Notes under the pieces: generated by a model
Told to the model about the DNA's origin: nothing
The model's input: only the letters and a program-made list of their open reading frames with translations
Database searches by the model: none
Source of the DNA: Podarcis erhardii
Taxonomy: Eukaryota
Direction: 5' to 3' (one strand)
DNA: 64,000 nt
Assembly: GCA_964252035.1 (NCBI GenBank)
Contig: OZ176207.1
Shown here: positions 21,901 to 32,092 of the stretch, in pieces
Position numbering within the stretch: position 1 is the stretch's first letter
How the letters are laid out: each line of letters begins with the position of its first letter
Made by a program: the position numbers and the translations under genes

Positions 21901-24893
21901 TAGAAAATATGTAACAATTTACTTATTGTTTACTTATTTAAATTTACTTATTTAAATTCAGTTCCCTTCATGCATGACTTTGAATCACATAATTAAAAAC
22001 TAAAGCTCAGATTATGTGTATTTCTTTCTACAGCAGGGATGATGGTACCCTGTGGTTACTGGCTCCATAAAAGAAATTCCAATACTGAAGAAGCGCCTGG
22101 AGAAGCACCTGGAGAAGCGTCTAATAATGCAGCTTTTGAGAACTTAATGATGTCAAACACAGAGGCACCAGGTGAAGAAATGACAGTAAGTAGCATTTTT
22201 TGGCTAAAAGTTATGAAGTTCCATACTGCATTTGCTTTCTAAAAAGTGGGGTGTGGGTGGGTGGGTGCACACTAAATATTAGAGTTGCTGTGTTACTATA
22301 AAAGGGGAAAAACATGCTTGCAATGTTTTATCTTTTTAGTGTGTGTACTTTTGAGCTAACTCCTGCACTGTGGGTGTGAGAGAGCGTGTGAGTGAGAGAC
22401 AGAGAAAGGTAGGGGATCAGTAAGAAGACTGCTGGGCACCCAAAAAATTCCAAAACATAAGGTGGTATTCAACTAAGTTTTATTCGGAATATACACATGG
22501 AAATTAATGAACATGGCTACGTTTCTGGGTTCAGAAAAGATTGGGATTCATTTTCTTGGGTTTGGAAGTCAAGTTAAGCCAACTCTACGTGCCAAATAAG
22601 ATGGTGGGCAGTAAGTTAGCTGCAGCACTTTATCATGGTTATAAGAGGACCTACAGGTTGTAATGTGGCCTGGTGCTGCAAAATGTATTTCTGGATCCTG
22701 GAATGGCATGCAGGCAAGAGAGTTGCTGAGTTGTGGAGATGGTAAGGCCCACAAGTTACTGCTTTGAGTTGGTATGGGATATGTATACATAATGGGGAAA
22801 ATAGTTGGTTTGGGTTCAGGCCCTGTTTTTCCGAGAATTCAGGAATCTTATCTCCCAAACTATAGATGGTAAAAAGAAACTGCTGCTTCTTTTACAAAAT
22901 TCTGCTGTTATCTTTCTTTTCAGGTTCTAAATATACTTCCAGTGAGCACACTGAATACAGCTGTAAGCATGGGCACAGTTGCAGAGAAAACTGGAAAGCA
23001 GGAAAGTTTGGAAGTGATAAAAGGAGAAGGCCATCACCCACCAGAATTGGTCAAAGGTGGAGGAAATAAACTGGCAGCATCTTTACATGACATCAGAGGG
23101 CAAAGCAAACCAGAATTAGTCAAAGGAGGAGGAAAACTCTTGGCATCATCTTTACATGATATTACAGGGCATCACAAACCAGAACTAGTCAAAGGCGGAG
23201 GAAATATCGTGGCAGCATCTTTACATGATATTAGAGGGCTTCGCAAACCAGAATTAGTAAAAGGCGGAGGAACTCTATTGGCAGCATCTTTACATGATAT
23301 CAGAGGGTATCGCAAACCAGAATTATTCAAAGGTGGAGGAAATCACTTGACAGCATCTTTACACAATATCAAACAACCCATACGGAGTTCCTCCAGGGAT
23401 TTGTGCTCACAATGGCAGGAATTTACCAATCCTCATTTAGCTAAAGTAAGCATTCTGATACAGATTTCCCATGGTTTATGTTTGGATTAATGTTAAGACT
23501 ATCCACCATAGTGTGATATATTTCAGTTAAGTAGCTACAGTTCATATTCTGGATTTTAATATTGGCTGTAGCTCTCTAGTTATTTGATGCACTTGGGCTG
23601 TTTTACTGGAAAGATCCATGTTGTTCATGCTTGTGAGGTGTTTGTGTGGCCCACAATTATTAATATATTTCCAAAAAAGAGTCGAAGGTCACTCACAGCA
23701 TAGTATACTGTTAAAACAATACAATAAAAGCTAAAAATTCAGTTATAATACTAAATAGCGTAAAGCAGTGAGATAAAACATAATCCATAAAGATGACAGC
23801 AGAAAACACATCAATACCATCAATTAACGCCTCATACAATCAGCATAAAATAGTATCAGTCACTTATCAAGCAAGGCAACATAGCCCAAAGAGTGGGGGA
23901 AATCAGATCACCTTCCTTTGGGATGCTGTTTCAGAGCTTTGGTGCAACTACTGAGAAAGTCCTACCTATTCAAATGCTTCCATTATTTGAATGCAAAGCC
24001 TAATGCTGATGCTCAAGGTATCCCACAGTTCTTGCCATCAAAATTTTAAAAGGAAACTGAGAAAAGAAAGCAAGCCCACAGATCCTGTACTGACCAGGAA
24101 GGGGGCATTTTGTTCACTGCCCAGGCATTCTGTTGGATGAAGGGTGACATAAAAACACAATAAATATTAATAAATAGGCGGCCAGAAAATCCGTTTCAAC
24201 CCGATGATTCTATCCTGTGTAGTATGGGATAGATTGACACAAGAAGCTGATCATTGCCTTTAATAAATAGTATGCAAACTGCATTGTTATGCTTTATAGA
24301 AAGGGATTTAAATAGTATGAATCATATACATGAATTATATTCATCTTTGTATGCAGGAACCAGTTAGAAGCTCTGATTTATGTTTAGGTGCATTTAAGAA
24401 AATGGTTAACATGTACTTTCTTTGTGTGCAGAAGGTGTTTTTGTGTGAACAGGAGGAAGAATGTAAACGTGTCGGCGAATATGTACATTCATATAAATAT
24501 GAAGGAAAAGGATCGCTGGTTGGTTCCCTAAGCTCCTGTACTGGCGAGTCATCATCAGAAGAACTTGAGTTTTTAAATGAGCCAGAGCCTGCTTTTAAGA
24601 CATTGGTTGAAGCCTTTGTAATGAAGAAGCATGCTTCCATTGGTTCTGAAACCCACCTGCACAATTCTACAGGAAGCTATGTGCTGACTTCCACAGTTGG
24701 AGGCAGCAATGCTTCTGAATACCAGCTGCTAGAAACCACAGGACAGAAGAGTGCTCTCGTGCCCAGAACGTGCTTGCTGGTTTCCCAAAGGCAACTTGTT
24801 GGCCACTGTGAGAACAGGATGCTGGACCAGATGGGCCACTGGTCTGACACAGCAGGCTCGTCTTATCTTCTTAACTCCATTGAAATGAATTAA
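7809..24893 (+). CDS. DSC1: Desmocollin gene A (DSC1-like), 16 coding exons, ~1103 aa, with remodelled cytoplasmic tail
   Basis: Exons 7809-7889, 12236-12320, 12702-12904, 13290-13415, 14175-14330, 15956-16100, 17195-17370, 17793-17927, 18779-18964, 19556-19812, 19941-20080, 20443-20655, 20756-21028, 22034-22185, 22924-23445, 24432-24893 join in frame (3312 nt), all GT-AG. Signal peptide ending QLLFSLL resembles mammalian DSC1. Also furin site RRTKR|RW, DxNDN/LDRE/PE cadherin Ca2+ motifs, TM segment and YEGxGS tail motif. The symbol rests on signal-peptide similarity and gene order, so orthology is tentative. Confidence 0.9.
9675..10197. mobile_element. Tc1/mariner (Tigger-like) non-autonomous element
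   Basis: TIRs CAGTGGTACCTT / AAAGGTAGCACTG with TA duplication on both sides; contains (ATCA)n. Confidence 0.75.
10252..10384 (+). repeat. 19-bp minisatellite (TTGCTATTTAACATCT[C/A]CA), 6 units in 2 higher-order blocks
   Basis: Read directly; each three-unit block ends in TGAAGTC. Confidence 0.9.
12236..12320 (+). CDS. DSC1: Gene A exon 2 (VLSLSSEACKKVTFHVP...)
   Basis: 85 nt, same length as gene B exon 2; AG/GT boundaries. Confidence 0.9.
12702..12904 (+). CDS. DSC1: Gene A exon 3 (prodomain)
   Basis: 203 nt, NPNFTIQEDGSLYT motif, AAG|GTAAGC. Confidence 0.9.
13290..13415 (+). CDS. DSC1: Gene A exon 4 (furin site, mature N-terminus RWGPVP)
   Basis: 126 nt, LRRTKRRW...MENSLGPYPMQIQQ, CAG|GTATG. 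Confidence 0.92.
14175..14330 (+). CDS. DSC1: Gene A exon 5 (EC1)
   Basis: 156 nt, YSISGHGVDKPP...IDREEY. Confidence 0.92.
15956..16100 (+). CDS. DSC1: Gene A exon 6 (EC1/EC2)
   Basis: 145 nt, ICYAMTTDGYTPE...IEDDNDNAP. Confidence 0.92.
17195..17370 (+). CDS. DSC1: Gene A exon 7 (EC2)
   Basis: 176 nt, VGQVTATDNDEP...LDRE; not in ORF track. Confidence 0.92.
17793..17927 (+). CDS. DSC1: Gene A exon 8 (EC2)
   Basis: 135 nt, EARDMGG...DVNDNAP. Confidence 0.92.
18779..18964 (+). CDS. DSC1: Gene A exon 9 (EC3)
   Basis: 186 nt, YEVKIYENE...IIKGNED. Confidence 0.92.
19556..19812 (+). CDS. DSC1: Gene A exon 10 (EC3/EC4)
   Basis: 257 nt, GLDHE...VNNEAPY...DVDEGP...AYDPETG; not in ORF track. Confidence 0.92.
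19941..20080 (+). CDS. DSC1: Gene A exon 11 (EC4)
   Basis: 140 nt, [13 protein letters not shown]...LDRD...ATDQ. Confidence 0.92.
20443..20655 (+). CDS. DSC1: Gene A exon 12 (EC4/EC5)
   Basis: 213 nt, GKTG...MDENDNFP...AFDADLPP. Confidence 0.92.
20756..21028 (+). CDS. DSC1: Gene A exon 13 (EC5 and start of TM)
   Basis: 273 nt, HYCDCDIPSNC...FGPWGIAATVLGS, T|GTAAGT. Confidence 0.9.
22034..22185 (+). CDS. DSC1: Gene A exon 14 (TM end, juxtamembrane)
   Basis: CAGCAG tandem acceptor (exon start 22034 or 22037), [19 protein letters not shown]|GTAAGT. Confidence 0.88.
22924..23445 (+). CDS. DSC1: Gene A exon 15 (cytoplasmic, 5x 23-aa repeat)
   Basis: 522 nt open frame, ends WQEFTNPHLAK|GTAAGC; homologous to the 270-nt gene B exon 15. 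Confidence 0.9.
24432..24893 (+). CDS. DSC1: Gene A terminal exon (catenin-binding segment plus 88-aa extension)
   Basis: TGCAG|AAGGTG acceptor, KVFLCEQ...YEGKGS...LEFL, open to TAA at 24891-24893. Confidence 0.85.
   Translation, partial: KVFLCEQEEECKRVGEYVHSYKYEGKGSLVGSLSSCTGESSSEELEFLNEPEPAFKTLVEAFVMKKHASIGSETHLHNSTGSYVLTSTVGGSNASEYQLLETTGQKSALVPRTCLLVSQRQLVGHCENRMLDQMGHWSDTAGSSYLLNSIEMN
24675..24875 (+). mobile_element. CR1/L3-type LINE 3' UTR fragment inside the coding extension of gene A
   Basis: GGCCACTGTGAGAACAGGATGCTGGAC..TGGGCC..TGGTCTGA..CAGCAGGCTC..CTTAT is the reverse complement of intergenic/intronic copies at ~29200-29330 and ~35458-35700. Confidence 0.75.
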
Positions 24894-26033
24894 TGTTCTT
24901 GTACCTCCCTAGTTCATCCCAATAGGATTTGAGCAGGAAAGCATGGCCTACTGTAGGCTGTCCCCATTCACATCTCCCCCCCCCCCCATTTTTTATTTAA
25001 GTAGGCTCTAAAAGAGTTGATTTAGTGGGTTTTTAAAAAATAATAATTGAGATTCTGAAATTTGACCTAACTGCACAAAACAGTTTTAAGCTCAGGTGCC
25101 TAATTTTATATTTTTAACAAAATGTAGTTTCGTCCTTATCTTTAAAAACACCCTTTGGAAACAGTAACACTCTATTATTTCAATTTCAATATTATCTGTC
25201 ACATGTCTAGTAAATAGAAAGTATTACTTGGTTTAGTGTCTCTTTTCAAAGACTTCTAGTAATAACCATGAAATGCTACTGGTGTGCATGTTATAGTATT
25301 TTCTTAGTTTCTTACTTATATTAATTGCTTATTTATATTCTTTTAATTTCTTACATATCATCTGTGTACTGGGTTCTGAACTAAGGTTCTGAACTAAGCC
25401 AGAGCATAGTTGCCTAGGAAGTCCAACTGAAATCAACACAACTCATGTGCATAACAATGTACTGGATACAACGTTTAGATTTTATAGCCTGAACTGTGGA
25501 AATAAGATTAAATTGGAATGCAGCACTAGTCCACTAGCAAATAAATGCCATTAAAAGCCCTCCATACTTTATCTCTGTCCACACAGCAGTTGTAAGCATG
25601 CAGTTATTTTTCTGTAGCTCCTCCTGCAATGAAATAAAAAATAAAGCCCTCATGCCGTGTGTGTATGAGAGCAATCATGTGCAAACTGCTGCCAGGCCCA
25701 CACGTCACATGCTATTTGCCTTTCAGATCCTTTTTCACTCTTGCCTCTGGCTTCTGTCCATATTGATTAGATTATATGGCTTGGGGCAAGTGCTTGAAGA
25801 ATCATAGCAATAACAAGGACTACTGATATGTCTAACATTTGCCTGGTGTTATATTTGGTTCCTGACCACAAGGTAATTGAACTTGAGCATAAAATGAAGA
25901 TCAGCTAACCAAGCAAAAAACTAAATTTCAGATACATTATGTATTTTCTAACATTGTAAACAGTGAGGTCAAAAGGCCATGAAATCAAATTCAAAAAGTT
26001 TTGTATGCAAAGCTCAGGTCAGTGAATACATCA

Positions 26034-26168
26034 GCCTTTGCCAACCTTGTGCTTTCCAGATGTTTTGGGCTACTACAAGTTCCCATCATTCCCAAGCAAC
26101 ACAACCATACTAGCTGGGCTGATGGGAATCATAGTCAAAACATCTGGAGGGCACCAAGTTGGCAAAGA
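26034..26168. mobile_element. Older relative of the palindromic hAT MITE (similar copy at ~1530-1655)
   Basis: CCAGATGTTTTGG..CCCATCA / TGATGGG..AAAACATCTGGAGGG inverted arms. Confidence 0.7.
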
Positions 26169-27660
26169 TAAGTATGCAAGACTGGCATAGCAACCTTTCA
26201 GAAATAATCTTTCTTAACATTCTAATATTCTCAATTTTATCTAAGCTTTACCAAAATGCATTAAGGCTGTTTCCATACACTTATTCCAGATGAGTGCTGT
26301 TCTGGATTGAAATAAAAGAGAGTTACTGATATTTCATCAACAAGGTTACTTTTGAGAACTGCCCAGTCGCTAGCTTTTTCAGACCTTTAACCTAAACATG
26401 CATTTGGAGGCCCATTTCTTAATTTTATACAGTGTATTTATTTGGTGATGGTAGTGCTGCTGTTGTGACCCAGCAGTGAGTCCTGACCCACTGGATGAAG
26501 ACAAATGGCCTAGTTGAATATATATATTTCTTCCTTGCTGATTATTTTAAATATCTGATCAAGTTTTGTTCTTTCAAAAATAAACTGGCATTTAAACAGG
26601 AGCTCATTTGTTTTGTATGCTAAAAATATTAATATACTTCTGTATAATAGTCACATCATAAATTAATGTTGTACAGTATGACTGAAAGTGACCTGTTATG
26701 ATTGTAAGCTGCTTGTGGTAATGGGAAATGCTGAAAGCAGAATATGACAAAGTTTCTTCTCATGACACTTCTGCAGTGAGAAGGAATTAGAACACTGCCC
26801 TGCAGCCTCTAGGAACATAACTCAGAACTGTGCCTCCCATACCGGAAATACTACCCTGACAGGGTAAAGTGTATCTTCCAGATGCCTTGAGAGATGTTTA
26901 AGGCATTGTTTGCACACTTTTACATGTAATTTATTAATTGCCCAAATGTCAACCCTAACAGACATGCATGCAAACGCAGCAGTCTTCTTCTACTCTACTA
27001 CATTAGGCTGCTTTCATGTTGCTGAAATTGAGGCTTTTCCTGCTGGACCAATTATCTGTTTTGACAGTGCTGATGGTTTCGGAGAGTAGAAAAAGCTGAT
27101 GACTAGAATAAGAGCTGTTCAGTGCTGTGGGCAAAACTCCTACCCAGCTACAGTTACAGCAGATAAAACCCTAAAAATATGGTGTAGATTTCCATGCCCC
27201 TAATCCAGATGGGTGATTTGTGTGCAGAAAACATGATTTTGTTCAACTGTTTCCTTGTTTTATCTACCAAAGAAAACAGCTATTTGGACTAATATAGCTA
27301 AGTAGACCATTAAAATCTCTGCCTGTTTTGCATCTTTACAAAATTGTGCTTATTTGTTACGACAGCCTTATAAAAGGCAGGAAAATGTAGTAATATAGCC
27401 CCAATCTGTGGCAAAATAGTTGATCGTAAAAGCAGCTGGGATCCTTTTGCTGTGATAAAAAGGGTGCCTGTGCACACTTAGCTTCGCTGATCTTCTGCTA
27501 TCAGAATATATTGATTTATATATTAAAGTTTTCATGTTTTAAAATGAGGCCTAGTTCTCTAAAACTGTGGATAAGGACACATTTGGGGCAGATGTGTCAT
27601 GTGAATTAATCCTCTTCTATTCACAAAAGGATCTGGTATGTAGAAAACAAAGGAGTGAAG

Positions 27661-27796
27661 CAGGCACCCCCAAACTTGGCCCTCCAGATGTTTTGGGACT
27701 ACAACTCCCATCATCCCTAGCTAACAGGACCAGTGGTCAGGGATGATGGGAATTGTAGTCCTAAAACATCTGGAGGGCAGAGTTTGAGGATGCCTG
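27661..27796. mobile_element. hAT-type palindromic MITE (same family)
   Basis: Same internal hairpin; 8-bp TSD GAGTGAAG/GAGTAAAG. Confidence 0.88.
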
Positions 27797-29199
27797 GAGT
27801 AAAGGTTCTAGCTGCCCCTTGCAGAGAAGGAGAGGGGAGGGGAAAGGGGCAGATTGTGGTGGAGCCAAGCCGACAGTCCTGCTACTGTTTTTCTTATGAT
27901 GGTACAGCTATTTGGGGAATTTTTGTGTAGGAAAGATCATTCAGTCGTGTGGGCCCCTACCGTCAATCTGAAGAGATGCAGCCTTCATATATACCGGAAG
28001 GTTCACCAGCCCATTTGCTCTCTGTGACAACTAGGTCGATGACTGCCTTTTATTAATGCCAAGCTTTGTTTAGAATACAAGACTGGTCAGAGAAGGGAAA
28101 GGTAAAGCATATAAATGAGATTACACAAAACACGTCAGAGCTTATTCAGCACCGTTTTACACATATACCTAAGCTTTCCAGGTGAGCAGCTATCTAAATG
28201 TCCCTGTTGTCACCCAAACAATTAACACAGCAACCATAGTGCGAAAGCACCACAGTGTCGGACAGTCATTATAGTATGTAGTCACCTCTTTCTTCTCATG
28301 CTTGTATATTACTCATCATCCAAAGTGTTTATAACCTAATAAGAACCCTTAAAGAGAGATAAATTTGGAAGGTAATGGTTTACCAAAGGCCATCAAGTGC
28401 ACTTCCTAGCCAAGTCAGGATTTATTATGGGGTTTTCCACATTCAAACCCAACAAGTCAGCCACCAAGCACACAAGGTTTTCCTGTAACACCCTCTCCGC
28501 CCCAGGCATCATGGCTGCAGAAACTGCTATGTGATTTATGATTGATCATGTCTTATAGGTTGCATTGTACGGACTTTTAGGCTGCAAGTCAATATCCTCT
28601 TTCCTCTCAGTAAGCTCTGTTGACTCAATGTCTAAGATGAAACATACAGGATTGCACTGTTAGTCTCTTCCATCATTGTAAATGTGAGAACATAAGACAG
28701 ATAATTTCCAGTGATTTCTGAGATGCCTATAACATGTATTCCCAATATATTGTTATAGGAGAACAATTATGAAAGAGATTTACTTTTTAAGCACTCACTG
28801 TGGTTACAGAGAAATTGCAACAATACTTTGAAAAAAAATGTATACAATCGAAAGACTTACAAGCTACTGGAAAAACATTGCAATAAAATATTGTTAAGGA
28901 CACTTTGTTATATATCTCAATGACAACAGCACCATGTACTCAGGCAGAATTGGATACAACATTTACACAAATTTTATTCAGGTAGTAATTCTTCTATGTT
29001 TTTAGCAGTGACTCCTATGTGATATCATAAATTACCGGTAGCTTTGAAAACCCCAATTTCAAAAGCAGTTTGCCATGTGGAATGGGTGGCTTCTCTCTGA
29101 GGGAAAAACCCTTGGGCTCACAAAACCACAACCCTGAACCAGCAAATAATTGTTTAAAATAAGGAACAATTATTGCTGTAGTGGCTGAAGCTCCTCATA

Positions 29200-29330
29200 A
29201 GATCATAAGAAGAATGTTGTTGGGTGAGGCTAAAGGCCTATCTAGTCCAGCATCCTGTTCTTATGGTGGCCAACCAGATGCCTATAGGAAGCAGGCAAGC
29301 AGGACCCAAGTGCAGGTCTTCCCTTGCAAT
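29200..29330 (-). mobile_element. CR1/L3-type LINE 3' end
   Basis: CATAAGATCATAAGAAG..CTAGTCCAGCATCCTGTTC..GTGGCCAACCAGATGCC. Confidence 0.7.
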
Positions 29331-30051
29331 AACTGCCTCTGCCCTTTGCTGGCTACCCCACAGTTATGACATTGCATCCATGCCCAATATAATAGTGCTC
29401 AGGCAACACTATGCATACTCCGAAGCTTCCCACCCATACCACATTTGCATTAATAACAGGTGGTTGACTGGTACTTAATAACAGGATTGAAAATAATAGC
29501 ACAACAGATCATAGATTGTTCTGCAGATACATTAGTGCAATTCCTTTCTAGTGCAACTATTCCTATATGGAATGTGAATCCTATGTGGTTCATCAGGACA
29601 GGAAAAAAGAATGTGCTATAAAATCACTGTGCCAATTCCATGCTCTATTCAGTCATGGAGTCTAAAGTATGAATAATAACTGAATAGCACATAGGTTATT
29701 ATGGGTAATTATTCTCTAAGCAAAATACAAGTTGTGTGTCATCTACATGGATGGGATAACCATAAATAAAAAGAGAAATAAAAAGTGGTGCAAATCTCTT
29801 AGGCAGGGCTTTATTTATTTGTACATTGTTTATTCAGTTTTCATTTTGGATATGGGTCTACCTTCTAAATAAAAGGGAATCTTTCAACAACATCCCCACA
29901 AAAGAGAAAGATCAGTTCAGAAATAAAAAACAAGCATATAAGTATCGTACCAGTTTTGAGTATGGTAAGCAGTCTAAATTCTTGTTTAAATGGCAGTGAA
30001 AGAACACAAACGAAATATGTACTGAACTCTGAAGAAATTATAAATAGTGTT

Positions 30052-30086
<35 letters not shown>
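30052..30086. repeat. Compound (TA)n(GA)n microsatellite
   Basis: Read directly. Confidence 0.9.
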
Positions 30087-31284
30087 CGCAAACAGCAAAC
30101 AGACCTCAGAATCAATAGTAACACTAAAAACATATAAACATATAAACATCTGTATGTACACGGAGGCTGAAAACTTTAGTCCTTGTATCTTCAGTGAGCA
30201 GTATACATTCAGAAAAAATTAACAATCATAGATACTTTTAAAATAAAAAGTAAGAAGTAATGTAGAATAACAATATTGGAAGTATCACGCCTTACCTATT
30301 TCACATGCATCCAATATAACTTGAAAACCTGCTTCTCTTGGTCTAGTCTGAGTCTAGTATTGAATAAAAAAGATGATTTAGTTAAAAACACACACAAACA
30401 CACCTGCATCACCTCCCGCCGTGTCTTCCAAAGCATGTTAATTTATTCATTAACATTTTACTTCATACTTTTCATTTTCATGCCTCAATATATGGAAGTT
30501 GAAGCCTATGGCAGCTTTACCAGCAATATACGAAATGCCATTAAAATGCTACAAACATAATACTCTATGCACATGCACACACATGGCTGTGCCCTTGGTC
30601 GCTAAACTCATCAACCTCCTTCCAGGTTCTGAATCACCCCCTGCTTCCTTCTCCTGCTTTCCACAGCAACTGTGTTCCTCCCCCCTACTGCTGCCCAAGT
30701 AGAAAGTGAGAAAGCTTGCATTTTGCAAGCCCACCCCACACTGAACCTTTCAACACCAGGCATCAATTAGAAGGATCAGTGCAAGGGAGCTGAGACCTTC
30801 CCCTTAGCACCTCGTGCTGCTCCTGACGCTATGGATCCTGAGTCTGGCTGGCTGCCACTTTGTCCTTTTCCACCTCATGCCACTATGGATCATGAGGCTG
30901 GCCAATGCTTCTGGGTATCTTTTTCTTTCCCACGCCACTCCTCATACTAACTGGTGCTAACTGGTGGCCAGCTGCAGAGGATGAGGGCAGTCAGTAGTGG
31001 TGCCAGCCTGCTTGAGGATCTGGATCCTGGGGGCAGGGCCGCTGACACTGGAAAGTGGAGGAGTCAGCAGCTGCATATTCTTGCTGCCCCTCTGCAGTTC
31101 CCCATCGCTGTCCATCCACTGCTTCTTGTCACACACGCACTGCAGTTTGCATCGCCATCTGTTACCAGCTATGCAAACTACTGCATAATGGTGGGCAAGT
31201 GCAAATACACACATACACACAGAGAGTTCCCAACAGAACTATAAGAGGGCCACATACTTTCCTCTATAATCCTCCCTATAATCC

Positions 31285-31560
31285 AGTTACAGATAGGTAG
31301 CCGTGTTGGTCTGCCATGGTCAAAACAAAATAAAAAAAATATCCTTCCAGTAGCACCTTAAAGACCAACTGAGTTAGTTCTAGGTATGAGCTTTCGTGTG
31401 CATGCACACTTCTTCAGATACCCACTTCTTCGTATACCACTTCAGATACCCACACTTCTTCGTATCTGAAGAAGTGTGCATGCACACGAAAGCTCATACC
31501 TAGAACTAACTCAGTTGGTCTTTAAGGTGCTACTGGAAGGATATTTTTTTTATTTTGTTT
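31285..31560. mobile_element. Penelope-like element end with 99-bp perfect inverted repeat
   Basis: GATAGGTAGCCGTGTTGGTC..GTAGCACCTTAAAGACCAAC..GAGCTTTCGTGTGCATGCACACTTCTTCAGATAC resembles squamate Penelope termini; arms 31323-31421 and 31462-31560; flanking 14-bp direct repeat CCTCCCTATAATCC. Confidence 0.8.
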
Positions 31561-32091
31561 CCTCCCTATAATCCTTTGATAATCAATAGTATTTGTCTCA
31601 TTGCCTCATTGCCATGGTTAATTCCCACTGTATGTGTTAACATGAACCTCTTATGGTACCGTAACTCCAATTTAACTCAGATCTGGATAATCTTATTTGG
31701 GTGAAATAGCCATCTTTAGATGGCCTTACAGGTTTGCATTATTGGCCATCCTGTTCTGACAGGGCTGTGATGATATGGAATAGGCAACATCTATTTTAAA
31801 TATGGACCTGCCTCAACTGGGGGAATATGGCACCTCTCATTGTATTAGCATTATTGTCAATTCAAAATTCTGGGTGGTGGGCAACCTTATTGTAGTTGAA
31901 AATCACATTCCTTCGGAGGAAAGAGGTCAAGGGCTATATAGATCAGAGACTATGCACCCCTTTTCTCTCCATCTATCTATCTCCTCCCTCTCTCACACAT
32001 AGGCTTTCCCAAACCCTACTGGCCAGCCTTCCTACCTCCCTTTGGGGTTATCTTCCACTCACCCTTAATCTTTCTTTCATTAATTCACTGT

Positions 32092-32092
<1 letters not shown>

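Noticed and set aside
22942-23490. Stand-alone 182-aa repeat protein
   Set aside because: Bounded by in-phase splice sites and homologous to gene B exon 15, so it is an internal DSC exon.
24330-24356. ORF-track N-terminus MNYIHLCM of ORF 24330-24893 as an independent gene
   Set aside because: Intronic lead-in to the b-exon acceptor; the ORF is the terminal exon of gene A.
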